From: Spizellomyces punctatus DAOM BR117
Taxonomy: Eukaryota
Reading direction: 5' to 3' (one strand)
DNA length: 64,000 nt
Assembly: GCA_000182565.2 (NCBI GenBank)
Contig: KQ257462.1
The notes under the pieces are model-generated. The model was not told the DNA's origin and did not search any database. It saw only the letters and a program-made list of their open reading frames with translations. Positions 13,943 to 27,479 of the stretch are shown in pieces (position 1 is the first letter of the stretch; each line of letters begins with the position of its first letter). The translations under genes were made by a program, and so were the position numbers.

Positions 13943-16900
13943 ATGGCCAACTCCTTTTTTGGCTTTGACACAACTCTTCCAGGTAGAGGGGATCCCAGGG
14001 CATTCCCTCAATCACGGCGTAATGATAGAGATACCTTTGGAGAAGAGTTGGGAGGAGCTTTGGAAGATGGAGATGGATTTGAGGGTTCGCGGTTAGACGA
14101 ACTTATGGAACAGAAATTTGCTTATGGGGGCCCGCAAGATGTCGGATTGGAGGAATCAGAGGAAGCTGCCGGCGTCTCATTGGAGGATGACAATGCGGAT
14201 TTGAATGATGAAACATTTGGAGCATCGGCGGCGCCAGAAACAATTGGTAGGTAGAAATGAGATGATTCCACTTTTATGTCGATATTTTTCAGACTTGGAA
14301 GCTTCCGGCTGACGTTCTCCATTGCCATCATTGCTTTTTTTAATAGGGACGGACTTTGACTTCTCGGCCAATAACGAATTGATGAGAGAAAGTGTTCCCT
14401 CACAACCAGATCTAGGTAGATATCTTCATGCCCATTGTGGAGCTTAATTTGAAGAGTGACTGACTGGCACCTCTCGGATGTAGATCGTTTGAATGGGCAA
14501 GGTTATCGAGATCACCCGCGTGCTTCCATGTCCTATCGTAATGACCAATGGGATGAACCATTACCGGGAGAAATGTCCAGGAGGCCATCGCAACTGGTAG
14601 GATGATCATTTTCTACCAGGACTATCTCAAGGTGTGGGAATGATTGACATTGTCACGCAAAAGAGCAGGGAAAATCTTGCAGAAATTTGGAACAAACCTC
14701 AAAGCGCTAGTTCTGGTTTGTATGAAACTCGATCAGGATACCACACACGTGCTTTTTTTGACACTCTATATCCTCTAGCAACAATGCGTAGACAACCACC
14801 GCCGCAGCCGTATGACAATCCCGCATTAGGGATACCACAGCGTCCGATGTCATTGGAGGAGATTGAGGCGCATATGTTGCGGAATGCGAGAACTGAGAAC
14901 CGTCACCTGGAGGAGATTGAGGCACAGATGATGCGCAACGCTAGAGCGCACGGCCAAATGCACCCGCAAGGGTATGGTCCAACACAATCGGGTGTAGATA
15001 GACACATGATGAGCTTGGCTGAAGTAGAAGCCGCGTTACGGGCGCAACATGGACCCATTCCTCCCCAGCATATGCCAGCAAACCTTCACAACGCCATGAC
15101 AATGGGTGGGATGCGCCCAGCAAGTCCGCGTGGACCGCAGATGGAACAGGCAGGTCAGATGCGGTCACAGAGCCCGCGGCCCCAACCAATGGACCAGGTC
15201 GGCGATGGGGGCTACCAGTATCGTGGCCAACGGGCTCCTGTGCAGCTTGGGCATTTCTTCCCTGCTCAGCATCGTGGACAGTTTGTGCACCAGAATCGAC
15301 AAGGATACCCGCGAAATGATTACCAACAGCGGTATCAAAATGATCGTCGAGGGTTCCAGGATCGCCGTGTGGACAATCGGCCGCGCGAAGTGAGTTAATA
15401 CTCGCCTGCTACTACACCATCCGTCTTCAGCTCATCAGACTGCATTATTTTTCAGGAGCGATACCGAGGCATTATGAATCAATATGAAAAGGAACTCATC
15501 GCCAAGATACAGATTTCCCAGCTTGTTACCGATGATCCATATCGCGATGATTTCTATTATAAAGTATACACGTCGCTCACAGCGGCCAATCAGCAGACGT
15601 CAGATGATCAGTCAAAAGCGGGCTTGAACTGGCAGCAGTCGCTGCTCATGGATCAAACACGGGGTGGCGGAGCAAATGTCACAAATCGCATGCAGCAGCA
15701 AATGCAGCGTTTAATTGAGGGAAGAAAGCAGAAACCAAAAGGGACCTCCTGTGAGTAATCGAACTCGCGTTGATTGCAACTGATGAGATCACCATTAACA
15801 CCCCTTGGCAATTGTTTAGTGTCATTGGAGGGCGCATTGGGAAAGATCTCATTGAGTTCGGTTCGAAATCCCAGACAACTACTGCAAGTAAGCGGACCAA
15901 ATTCGACCAAAGAAGCAAAGGTGTGTATTTGGCCGTCGGTCTTGGCAAACCTCTCAAACGGATGCTAACTGGTGGTATAAGGATTTACCTGCCCCGCAAT
16001 CTGCGCGCCTCTCATCAAAGCAAATCTTGAAACGTATTGAGGCAGTTTACAGTGACGTGTTAGAGTTGGAAGTTTTGAAGCGAAAGGGCCCAGAAGAGGA
16101 TAATGTTGACGAATGGAACTCCCAAATCGAACAATGCAGACAAAAAATGTGGGCCGATCTTGGAGTTGCCGAACCAGTTCCCCTCAACTTCCCGCATCCT
16201 TTCGCTGCTTTCCTTTCATTTGCAAAAGGCAAGAAGGTTGTACCCCGTGTCTTCCGCTTCTTGAATCGAGACCAAGGTTTGGCCCTTATCAGCACACTGC
16301 TTTCCCGTCTCGAAAGCATCGATGTGTGCAACGCTGCCTCATCGGAAGAAGTGGACATTTTCATGTCAAACGTAGTACCTACCGTGGTCTCCGTTATCAT
16401 GGAGGTTCCTCTGTTTGTTGTCAATGCATGTGTGCGGATACTGTTGGAGCGTCATAACATGGTTTGGTTGGCGAGGAGCAAACCCGGGTTGGCATTCTTG
16501 ACGATGTTTTTGAGTCGGGCGGAAATGTTGAAACAAGGTGGAGGAGTGGCTCAAGGGTTACCGCCAGCAAGCGAGCAAGAGTTGGCCATGTGGTACGTGT
16601 TACTCCCTCGTGTTGAGGCGTGCATTTCCTGTTGAACTGTGATTGTTGACTTGTGCTATTCAATTTTTAGGACCGACATTTACAATTTCCTGTTTGCATC
16701 TCTCCACAACAACTTTGCAAGCATTTTCCCGCCTCTTGGACCAAGCGCCACAGCGGCCGATGAAGTATATGTATGGCAATTCCTTGCTGCCATGGCCGTG
16801 GGTGCAACCACTGTTGATCATCAACGTGTACTGTTGACGGAAGTCAGGTGAGCGTCTGGACAATGTTTTGGTCACCTGTAGGGTTCCTTTCTGAGCAAAC

Positions 16901-17038
16901 TGCGGTGGTAATAGGGATAAAGTGTTGGAAACCGCGAGGCGAACGGACGATGCCAAGGCTTTGGCAAACGTGAACTTGTTCCTGAATGCCTTGGGATTAG
17001 GCATTGATGCCGCGCAATTGGCCAACATGTCTCTGTAA
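13943..17038 (+). CDS. PAT1: PAT1 mRNA decapping activator / P-body protein, multi-exon
   Basis: N-terminal MANSFFGFDTTLP, LNDETFG and DFDF. Middle region MNQYEKELIAKIQISQLVTDDPYRDDFYY and SLEGALGKISLSSVRNPRQLL. C-terminal HPFAAFLSFAKGKK, YVWQFLAAMAVGA and NVNLFLNALGL. Confidence 0.95.
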
Positions 17039-18211
17039 AGAATTATTTCTACTGCGGCAGCAAGACGGGGCAGCGAGTTTGGACGACGGTTTAGGGTTAG
17101 GCCCCAAATGTTGACGGGCACCAGCGTTTGATACTTTATGACTGCGACGGAGGCTGCATATTACCTGTTATTTATGGGCTACTTTTCTTCGCTGTCTCTT
17201 GTGCGATAGGGGATTCATAAGAAAGCTTGATTTGGGGCGATTAGCATGTAGTTTTCCATATTGGCGTGTTAGCGCTTTTCGGACTGAAGAAGTCATTTGG
17301 ATGGATTATTAAAAAGACTGGTCCTTTGGAAAGTGCTTTTGCTATGTCTTTAATTCTGCTTTGACTGTTTGGGGGACTCCCCCATGAGCTCAGCACAGTT
17401 AAGAAGAAATCCCAGATCGGTAGACATTATGATGGCTGTGCCTCCGATTAAATGCATTTAGCCAGGCTTGAAGCGTGAACCCCCATCAGCAAACGCAACT
17501 TTCCTCCCGTTGCTCTCGCAAATTGCCACGCAGTACTGCCTTAAAGTGCAGATCCTCCAGTTGCGGGCAGCTGCAAGAAGGAATCGTCTCACTATTCTCT
17601 TAACCCATGGATTGGGGGTAACTACCAGAGGGTCTGTATAATGGGGATGCTTCATCCTTTGGTATGATAGTGGTTTGTGTTGGGACTGGAATTGGATACG
17701 AAATGGTGGTTTAGTGATTGAGGGAAAGTAGACTGTCGAGAAGCATTTACGGATGCTGGAAGTCTGTTCAATTCGCCGTATCCCACCAGTTGCTGCAGGG
17801 AATTACTAATGTGTCGTCTTGAAAGATGAACGGTTGAAGTCTTGCTTGATCGTATGGAGTGTTTCCTCGCTTATAATTTATAAAGTTATTGCCTTGGGTG
17901 CATGAAATCCAAATGTCCAAATACAAATTGAAAACTGCCCCATGACAGCGCGAAAACAGACCATCGCACTTGCTCGATTATTCTAAACATATTTATTGAC
18001 AGCCTACACAGTGTTTTCTACGGTCACAACAGAGACCGTATATCTTTCCAAAGGCGCCCTCCAAGAATGACAGACGATTTCACCCAAACAAAGAGAAGCC
18101 AACATAACGTGGCAATAAAGAGGATTGCTTTTCAGTTCCCCCTTACGATGTATTTTTCTTTTTATTTCTGGGGGTATCCACATCTACAGCCGCAATTCAG
18201 TGTTTCCATCG

Positions 18212-20162
18212 TTAGACCGCATAGGCCTTGTCATGAACGTGAGAGGAAGGCGGGGGAGATTGGGGGTGTGACAGAGGGTGGTGGTGATGATGATGGGGGT
18301 ATCCTGCTTCCCTCACAAATGGAATGACGGTTGTGGCACCAGAGGCGGCTCCCACTGGTTGTTGAGACTGGTATGAGCCTGAACGGCCGATCTCCGGGCT
18401 GTGGAGAGCGTTGCTGTTGTTTTTTGGGGTGTTTGTGCGGGGGCTGCCACTGCTTAGGGGGTGCTCCAACTCCATTCTCGGGATATTGAGATGGGAGGAA
18501 CTTGCGCCAGAGCTGGCAGAACCAGCTGCGGCAGCGGCGGCGGCAGCAGCAGCGGCGGCAGCGGCAGCCGCAGAGGACGAGGATGAGCCCGCCGTAGATC
18601 CCCACAAGGGGTTCCGATCTGATCCACTTCTGTGGTAGGTGTAATGTCCGCTAGCGTACTGAGCTTGAGTAGGGGCCTGAGGGGCCGGGAGATACCCTTT
18701 CAACCCACTCGAGACATGGGCGGGTTCGTATATGCCGGCTGGTGGCTGGGACCAGTGGCCATACCTGTAAGCCGGAGTGTGCTCCGGAGGAGGGTATGGA
18801 GAATATTGGTGGGGATGGTGATGAGGTGGTCGGTCATAGTCGTACGCGGCAGGGTATGGAGGCGGAAAGCGAACGTAGCCTTCGTGGGGTTCGTAAATGC
18901 TCCCGGTGCTGCCCCTTGATGACATGCTGAGGTGTCTTGGGTAGTAAGACGACGGACTGGTTTGTCGCACGTCCGGAACGGCTACACCTCGGGAGTCAAC
19001 AACGAGACCAAGCTTACGTGCGTGTGCTCGGTAGTGAACCTAATGGTAGAGATGTTAGTCGGGTCCATCATCAACTGTACAGCTGCAGACAATTGCGCTG
19101 ACCATCATGTTATCTCGTCTGGCAAAGCCCTTATTGCATTCGGGGAGTGGACAGCGATGAGGCTTAATTCCCATATGTAGTTTGACATGGCGAGACAAGT
19201 GCGCACTGAAACGATGCAGCACAAGTAAGTTAGCACATAAGAAGACTGCCCAAGATGTGGGAAGGATAGACAACGTATACCTAGTCGTAAAGGTCTTTCC
19301 GCAACCAGCAAATTTGCAAGTATGTTTCTGCACCCAACCTTTACCAGGATGATTTGTCTCCGAGGGCGTCGGCGGTTGTTCAGTTGCCGAGGTGGGTGTT
19401 GTAACAGCTGCCTCATTTCCCGCATCCGATATTGTCGTCGCATTGCTGGGCCTCCTCATCAAGTTGACATCAAGAGACACCTCCGAATCCGCCGAGGGGC
19501 GCGGAGGGGACATGGGGACGTTTGGGGTCTGTGTCCGGATGGAGAGTTCAGGATCAGATAGCGACATGCCGCCCATAACCGTTCGGGTGCGATAGGTAAT
19601 ACCGCCTGAATCACTGTTATGATCCTCAGGAGGGCCCGTACGCACCCCGCCGTTGTTTTCGGGATTCTGGGATTCGGCCCCTTGACGATAATGATGGACG
19701 CTCTCGGAAGTGTCCTGGGGAGACGTATTCACACCAGAGGCTTTGTCCGAGTGTTGTGTTTGTTGTTCTGCAGACGACCGCTGGTCCATGTCTGTGTATA
19801 GAGCTGCCTTTGATGTTTTGCGCTCGTTTAATAAACTTGTGATGGATAAGGGCTTAGCGGACTGGGGTGAGCGGTTGGCGGAGTTTGGGTCGGGGTCCAC
19901 AATTTCGGATGACGAAGCGCGGTTTGTGGAAGTGGCGTATGGGGCTCGACGATTGTTGATTGGAGAATCAAAAGGTCTGGATTCACGCAGATGATGAGGG
20001 CGTTGAAAGGTCTGTGGGTAGCGATTGCAGTAGGAAAGTAAGAGGTCAAGTGTGAAAAAAGAGCGTTAGCTACACGCGATATCGAGACGAGTGCAATGTG
20101 TGCAGACGAGTAGCTTGGGTAAGCCTTACCTCCGACTCGTCGCGGTTCTGGTCGCGTCGCAT
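18212..20162 (-). CDS. Two-finger C2H2 transcription factor, Nrg1-like repressor; 4 exons
   Basis: HTCKFAGCGKTFTT|SAHLSRHVKLH-MGIKPHRCPLPECNKGFARRDNMM|VHYRAH. Also an LSITSLLN motif and poly-Ala and poly-His tracts. Candidate first exon MRRDQNRDESE (20162-20130) splices in frame. Confidence 0.85.
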
Positions 20163-22223
20163 AGTAGGCTTGTTGGTTGAAGGAGACGGGGAGGAATCGA
20201 CAACCCCGGAAGAGAGAGGCAGATCGAACAAGAAACGAGAAAAGAAAAGAAGAGAGGTAGAAACTGCGACAAGCCAAAAAGAAAACAAGGTCCAGCCGTG
20301 ACAGCACCAAAAACAGCAGGGTAGAATCCCAAAAAATCCAAAGGATGTCTCGCGGCTTTTTGCCGTAAGGTTGTCCGCTCCTTCCTTTTGCTTAAAACGA
20401 GAGACGGTTCGTGGGCGACCAAAATTCAGTGAAATAGAGCTGTTTCCCCTGAGCTCAGGTTCACGAGCAGAAGGGAGATACCTCTTGTTAAACAGCCTCG
20501 AAACCCTTGGCCCACTGCACAAAGCAAACAAAGCTTTGGATTTTGCACTGTTCTAATCATTCAAAAGACCCCTTTCAAAACCGAACCAAGAGAGGGCGTA
20601 CCCAATGGGTCAGTCAGTCAGGGATCAAAGCTCGCGATTTTCGCTTCCAAATCGGATCGGAGCACGCCCAAACAACAGACGGATTTTTTTTTTTGAGCCA
20701 AAGAGTGTCTTATTTTTGCTCGAACTGTCAGCCGAGGAAGCTCGCGCCTGTGTGGTGTGTCAGCGTGTTCTCACCTCTCCATCGGACAAGCTGCTCAATA
20801 CTTTATTGGAGAGCAATAACAGAACCAAACCACCACGCGCGTTAGTTTTTGATTGTCTAAACAGAAAGCTTCTTTGTCACCCAGCATTGACATTATCATA
20901 TAATTGTTTGTTGAATGAAGCGCTTTCCCCTCGGTTTGACTAATGAATCGCCAGGGGCTGGTGGGGAATGCACCATCAAACACAAACAGTCGACGACTAT
21001 TCATTGGTTGATTTTATTTTAGCTGAAGGGTGACCCGAATTGTCTCCAACGGTTTTTTAGGGAGAATGACATAAATACAGTTGCTATTTGACAGGTGTTT
21101 GGTTGCTTGTTTACGCTCTCGTTTTTTTTTTTCTTTGCCTAGATACCAACTCAACCTCTCGTTTGTGAAAATGGCTGTGCGCCTCCCCAATGCCTCGTCA
21201 TGAAATGTCACCTTTTGTATTTGCAGAACCAAACAATACAGCAAAACAAATGGACCAATGGGCAAAGCTCAGGTACCCAGAGCAAAAGAATAACACACAG
21301 CGCGCACATAGCTTGGCGTAGTTTTTTCGTCCTTTGCTTTGCTGCCACACGAACTTTTTTTGATATTCAAGAAACTTGTCCCATATGCCAGGACTCGCCA
21401 CAGAACCCAAAATCACCACACCTTTGGATCGTGGCCCAGACGGACCCAGGCACCGTCGGGCTTACATACGCTGTATCTCCAGTTTATCGAGCTTGGCCCT
21501 TCGCGTTCAAATAGGACTCCCATGGCTGAACCATGTTCATCCAAAACAGAAAATGGGCATTGAACGATCCCCATCCCTGATTGAAGTGATATACCCTTAC
21601 ATGAATGTCGCCCAATCAATAGGGACTGACCATGGACAATGGCGAGGTGATAAATCGCAATTGTCCACGGGTTATGCATTGTTATGAGCATAACTGTAAT
21701 CTATATATTGTTTTAGCTTTCATTCTTTGCTTGAATCTGCATATGTTAGATTTGAGTTATTCAAAATCCAGGTTTTTAAGTAGGGAGGTTTTACAACATT
21801 CAGCTATTAGCATTCATTGATTTGAGGGTTTGCTTGCAATCAATATTCGTACTTATGCCAAAACATACCCTTTTCTAACTAAGTCCTGCCAAGCATCAGG
21901 AAAACAAAAAACACGACATCGGAGATTCTCGTCGCGTTTGGCTTACATGATCCAATCCCATCCAAATAAAGGTACATGGGTCGGCAAAGTGTTTTGCCGC
22001 CAAGATGCGCGCGTGACGCGTTTGCTTACCTTATATTTCCATGGTCTTTCGTAATCACTCCAGAAGGGTGTTCAGGTGGTTCACAAAAGATCTTGTCCGC
22101 TTCCGCGTTTTCCTTCCGTTGGGGATCAACCTTCTGAGGGGTTGACGGGTGTTTAATCGTTAGGGTGATCCAGTGGATCTCTTGCGTTCTCAAATCCCTC
22201 ATACAAGTTCTTTTATTTTCAAA

Positions 22224-23009
22224 ATGGCACTCTACGACCGGAACTTAACCCGTTTCCCGCATCCATCCCCTCACCTATCTCTCCTTGCCAAGAACCCGTC
22301 TCTCCGTTTTCTCCCCGACACAGATCTATGGTGGCCTAGTTACAGTTTCCGGCAAGAGACGGGGTTGTTTATTGGAGAGGACTTTTTTTATGGGAGTGGC
22401 AAGTTCCAGGTACGGTATTTTGTACCGAAAGGATGCGTGTTGATGAAGCCGGATGAGACCGAGGATGCCAATATGGAGATCTTGGAGATGAATGTCAAAT
22501 TTTTGCCTGCGGATTGGAAGCGCAATGTGTTGGATGCGTATGTCGCGGCTGGACATTTACGGTTTATGGTCGGTTGCTTGCATTTCACGGCGGAAGTGGA
22601 GGGTCCCCCTGCGTTCGTGCATGGCGGAGCAACGTTCACGGCGTTTGATCAACTGTTGGGCGTATTGGTCCATTACTACAATCTGTACATTCCGCACATG
22701 ACATTGACGCTGACGATCGATTATAAACGCCCAATGCCGCTGTCTGGAACGCAGTACTACAAGATATGGATTGAAAAAATTGAGGGGAAAAAGGTGTTTG
22801 TTGAGGGATATATATTCGATATGGACCTGTTGGAGAATGAGACAGAGTTGGATGTTGCAACGGCGGATTTTGAGAAAGTAAATGTGCCCCCTGCTTTGCG
22901 TCGAGCTGAAATTAGGGGGATTTTCTTTCGGATTGGAGAGTCGAATGGGAAAGATGGGTTGGCGTACTTGGAGGAGGAGAAAGGGCGAACCGCAAGGCCA
23001 AAATTATGA
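22224..23009 (+). CDS. Hotdog-fold acyl-CoA thioesterase (THEM4/PaaI-like)
   Basis: EGPPAFVHGGATFTAFDQLLG and MTLTLTIDYKRPMPL...IEKIEGKKVFVEG; single exon. Confidence 0.85.
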   Translation: MALYDRNLTRFPHPSPHLSLLAKNPSLRFLPDTDLWWPSYSFRQETGLFIGEDFFYGSGKFQVRYFVPKGCVLMKPDETEDANMEILEMNVKFLPADWKRNVLDAYVAAGHLRFMVGCLHFTAEVEGPPAFVHGGATFTAFDQLLGVLVHYYNLYIPHMTLTLTIDYKRPMPLSGTQYYKIWIEKIEGKKVFVEGYIFDMDLLENETELDVATADFEKVNVPPALRRAEIRGIFFRIGESNGKDGLAYLEEEKGRTARPKL

Positions 23010-23199
23010 AAACAGACAACCTTTTCTCGGCGTAAGATGCTTGCTGACTTATGTAGAGCTTTTTTAGGAAACTTCTTATTAGATGATATTGAAGAATATA
23101 CGATATGTCTAACTAATGAGTAGGAAATACTAATATCCTGTCCGGTTCTTTTTACGCATGCCATCATTTACTAACAACCCATTTACGATAATACCCAAT

Positions 23200-24432
23200 T
23201 CAAATCTTTTGCGCCCTTACCCGATACACAACCTGTTTGGCGGTAACGTATGAATATTCATTATTAAACCTCAACACAAAGACCTCTCCAGTAGCTTCAA
23301 TGGTTCCCTTTCCAGTCTCCAAACGCTCTTCCGGCCCAGCAGTATCCTTTTCTTCACCCGGGTTCTCAAACCCATATGAGAAGCCAATATCTTGTGCATA
23401 GGTGGTGAATTCGTACTGAAGGGTCGCGGAGGGCGTGACTGAGATCCGGATCGTTTCGCTTTTGCGGGCAGGAATGGCCACAGTTGTAATGGGTGTAACT
23501 TCCAAAGTATCTTTAACGGGCGCGAATCCCCCATATTGTTCTAGGATTTGGTCAATATCGATGCATTCCAACAGGGCAGCCCGGGATTTGGTTTTTCCAA
23601 CCATGACAAACTTGCTTCGTGTCCGTTTGGATACGAGACCCCCAAAGACGTTAAACATGAATTCCATGACAAGAGGAACGCCCAAAAAGAACTTTTTTTC
23701 TAAAAATTCTGGGTAGTGCTCTTGAAAGATGTTGATGATTTGCTTGCTGGTTGCTTTGAGTCGCTTGTCAATGGACATGCCCACACCGGTATAATCATGA
23801 ATTTGGGTCACAGTCTCGGCAGAGGTGGGTGAGGAGAAATCGAGCAGCGCAATCGCCCGTTCGTGGAGTTGAATTCTCCAACGAAGGAAACGTTCTGGGT
23901 GGTTTGCAACGTCGTCTTGGGAGATGGTACCGTAAAAGTTGTATGTAACGGGTGCGCCCTTTTTGTCGCGGCCGTGAATAGTTCCGAGGTCAGTGAGAGC
24001 TTGTGGGAATTCTTCCGTCAAGAGTGAGGACATGTTAAACTCTTTTCGCCACTGTTGATTCAGCAATTATTAAAGATGCTTATTTTCTTGTATGAAACTT
24101 TGGCATAGTACCTTGAGCGTCTTGACCAACATATCTGTCGCTTCAACCACTTTGAACTCTCTTGCGCGCAAAAACTTTAGCAATATCCTGCTCTGTGCTA
24201 GATCCAACTTGTCTGCAGTCGTGAGGCCGTACACTGGTACACCCCATAACTTTAACTACCGAGGAAACCATATTTGAATATTGGAATATTCATCATACAC
24301 CATACCAAAACGACTTACATCTTGTTCTTCGAACCCCAACTTGCCCACTTCCTCTGCCACCGCCGTGCAAAAGGACTCTAAACCCGTCTTCTGCTCCTCT
24401 GTAAGGTTATCGTGATATCCCGTTTCTGCCAT
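23200..24432 (-). CDS. CRAL-TRIO (Sec14-like, Sfh5/patellin type) lipid-transfer protein with C-terminal GOLD domain; 3 exons
   Basis: LLKFLRAREFKVVEA (CRAL-TRIO-N), DKKGAPVTYNFYG, FLRWRIQLHER, QIHDYTGV and FQEHYPEFLEKKFFLGVP. GOLD-like YEFTTYAQDIGFS...LRFNNEYSYVTAKQVVYRV. Confidence 0.9.
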
Positions 24433-25102
24433 CTCAAAAAGTTCCGGTGAATGAAACAAAACGTAGATGCTTTTAAAAACCCAAGCCCACCAACACATGA
24501 GTAAAGGGATCTATCCATAGCATGACTGTGCCATCGTAGGTGTTCTGCGCACTTTCACGAGGCAAAAGCCCCAAACGAACTCGTGAAAATACTTGTATAA
24601 AGGGCACTTGTGGAGGGATGATGGCCTGATGGAGCGCTTATTCTGAATGAAATAGCATTCTGAAGGGATAGCATGCACGATGAAGGAATTGTCATATGTC
24701 AATCATTGTCACTTTAGGGGCACCCATAATCGATCATCGAAAAGGGTACGCAACAAACCTGGTCTCCCGCGCGCGGGGGTTGGTAGGCGGATCTCCAACG
24801 AGATCTTGTCGTTTTCAATGGTTCACTAAGAAAAGGGAGCAAATGCACAGGGTGCTCATCAAGTGTAGTTATGATAATCAATGTAGTATCTACCCTTTCT
24901 CTTAAAGTTAGACTGGAGATTGTACATTGTCGGTAGGTAATGATAGATCCTCTGGTCCCCGGTTGCCCCTCATCGAAAGTGAGACGAGCTGAATAGAGTA
25001 GAACCCTATCCGCAATGTGCATGAACGTTCAGCACCATCTTGAGTTGCAGTAATAGTTGGTTCTACAAGTATGAGGACGGCCCATTCGCCGGTACCCAAG
25101 AG

Positions 25103-25983
25103 TCACCCGACACAGCCTGCCACCAATTCCCATGCCAACTTCCATCTGAACTCTTCCACATCCAAAGATACATCATCCCCAATAAACTTTCTTATGAACA
25201 AACACAACCAGATCCCACAACTACTCCCATCTGTTTGTTGTGGACATTTGGCATGATGCGTACTGTATGATGGCAGGTTGCCCGTGGCTTTATCGGCATG
25301 TTCGGCGGCAAGGTATTTGAGTAGGGTGCGGAATTTGGGGGTAGGGTCATTGAGAAGGCTGTCATAGTATGTTATGGTGCGCGTGCTGTTGTCAATCGTG
25401 AGGAGACACCTAGTCGAGTATGAGGACAGTGAAAAATGCAAGAAAATAGAAGATGTATGTACCAATGACATCCAGTGTGAATCGGTATGACCACCTTGGT
25501 GAATCCATATATACCCTCTTTATAGCGTCTCGTCCAGCGTTTCACACGGGCATACCCATCTTTGGTAAGCGTGCTCCAAAAATACGTATTCAGGAAGAGG
25601 ATGGTGGGGCGGAGGGGTGTGAGGAGGGTAAGGTACGTGTTGATTGTGTCAGAGGAGAGCCATGTTCGGGAAAGGAGGGCGCCAATGTCGGGATGCTCGG
25701 CAAAAGTGCTTTTCAAAAGAGATTTCTGGGATGCTGTTAGAGTTTTGGAGGAGAGCGGTGGGAGGGATGGAGTGGTCGTCTGGGTCGTCGGGAGAGGGTC
25801 CAAGGTGTCGGGCACCGTCGTCAAGTCGATCACATCTGTTTTTCAACAACGTTCATAAAAACCCTCGTTTTCCCTGTTCCCTATGGTCAACACAAAAGAA
25901 GCTTGCAACATACCCTCGCGTTCCGCTGGATGCAATGCATCTCGAGTCAATGACGACCTCCAACTCGACAAAAGGCATGCGAC
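25103..25983 (-). CDS. Ulp1/SENP family (peptidase C48) SUMO/Ubl protease, catalytic domain only; 5' end unresolved
   Basis: WLSSDTINTY, FLNTYFW, VKRWTRR, IPIHTGCHW|CLL, YYDSL and PQQTDGSSCG give an intact His-Asp-Cys triad plus the oxyanion Gln. Confidence 0.88.
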
Positions 25984-26256
25984 CTACACACCTGCTGCTT
26001 CAGGAGCACAGACCGAGAGATTTGTTAGGGCTGCGATGAGTGTGTCCATTTGTTGCTAATGTGCATGTCAAACAATTCCAGAATGACGGGGCAGAAAGGA
26101 CGCGTGACCGTTCGCATCTGAGATGCAATGACCCTTCAGGAACTCAAATACAAAAACACATCCAAAAAAACAGGACAAAGGATACAAAGCAAGAATATAT
26201 TTATACAAAGCGCCATGGTGCACATCCCAGCGTATATCCACACTCTCCTTCCCAGC

Positions 26257-27479
26257 CTACCCGTTGATAATATATCCTCCATTCGGGTGAAGCACCTAAA
26301 CAAAAAATATCAGAACAGCACAAACGGAACCTTCAAGATAACTAGAACTTCACCTGTCCAGTATAGTAACTCGCCTCTTTGGATGCCAAAAAGACATATG
26401 AGGGACCCACTTCGGCTAGTTTGGCCAAAAACATATGAGTAGGGGGAACGCAAAGAACAAAGTTAGGAGAGTGGACGTACCCGGTTGACCCACTCGCCCC
26501 AGAGGCGGAACTTTTTCTTGAAAGCTTTCAACATTATCTTCCGGTCTGAAAATCCAAAGCCCGTAAGTAAAGTGTAAAATTTCTTTCAAAAAGGGTGCGG
26601 ATTGAGATTTTTTACCTGGATGCAGGTTGAAGGGGTGTCCAAATGGGACCGGGTGCCACGGCGTTGACTCTGATGCCCTTTGGAGCGAGTTGGAGGGCAA
26701 GGGAGCGAGTAAACGATACGATGGCGCCCTAACAGAAACCTTATTATCCCCATAAACTGATAAAAATCGGAGTGCAAAAACGTACCTTTGTAGCAGAATA
26801 GTCCAACAAATGCGGGCTCCCCTTATAGGCCGTGACACTCGTAGTATTGATCACAGCACTCCCAGTACGCATGTGCTTAAGCGCCTCCCTCGTAATCCAA
26901 AACATGGAATAAATGTTTGTTTTAAAGGTTTGGTCCAGTTGGTCTGTGCTCAGTTCCGTGATGGATTCTTTCATATGTTGGACGGCGGCATTGTTGACGA
27001 GGATATCGAGGTGGCCGAATGTGTCGATAGTGGTTTGGACGAGGGAGACGCAGTCTTGCTCGCGAGAAACGTCTTTGGGCTGTTTTAAAAAAAGCATTAC
27101 ACATTTCATTGGCACATGAAGCTCATAGGCAACTACAGCAAACACGTACAATCAACAAACACTTTCTCCCAGCTTCCTCAACCGCTCTCCGCGTCACTTC
27201 CGCATCCTTTTGCTCTTTGGGTAAATAAACAACAGCAACATCCGCACCCTCCCTCGCAAACATGATGGAAACCGCACGCCCAATGCCTGAATCCCCACCG
27301 GTGACAATGGCGACCTTGTCCTTTAACTTTCCAATTCCCTTGTATTCTTCCAATCCGTCGCCCTCAAGGCCAGTATCAATGGGCCGCGGCGTCATTTCGT
27401 GTTGAAGCCCAGGTTGAGGGGCATGGGTTTGGGTTTGGGGCGGGATTTGACCTGGTTGAGGGTAAGTCGGTGTCGGCAT
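26257..27479 (-). CDS. Short-chain dehydrogenase/reductase (glucose/ribitol dehydrogenase, YhdF/YghA-like), multi-exon
   Basis: [57 protein letters not shown] and VLHPNGG. A TATA-like TATAAAAA lies at ~27591-27598 on the minus strand. Confidence 0.93.

Noticed and set aside
17458-17655. 65-aa ORF downstream of PAT1
   Set aside because: No motif or supporting gene structure.
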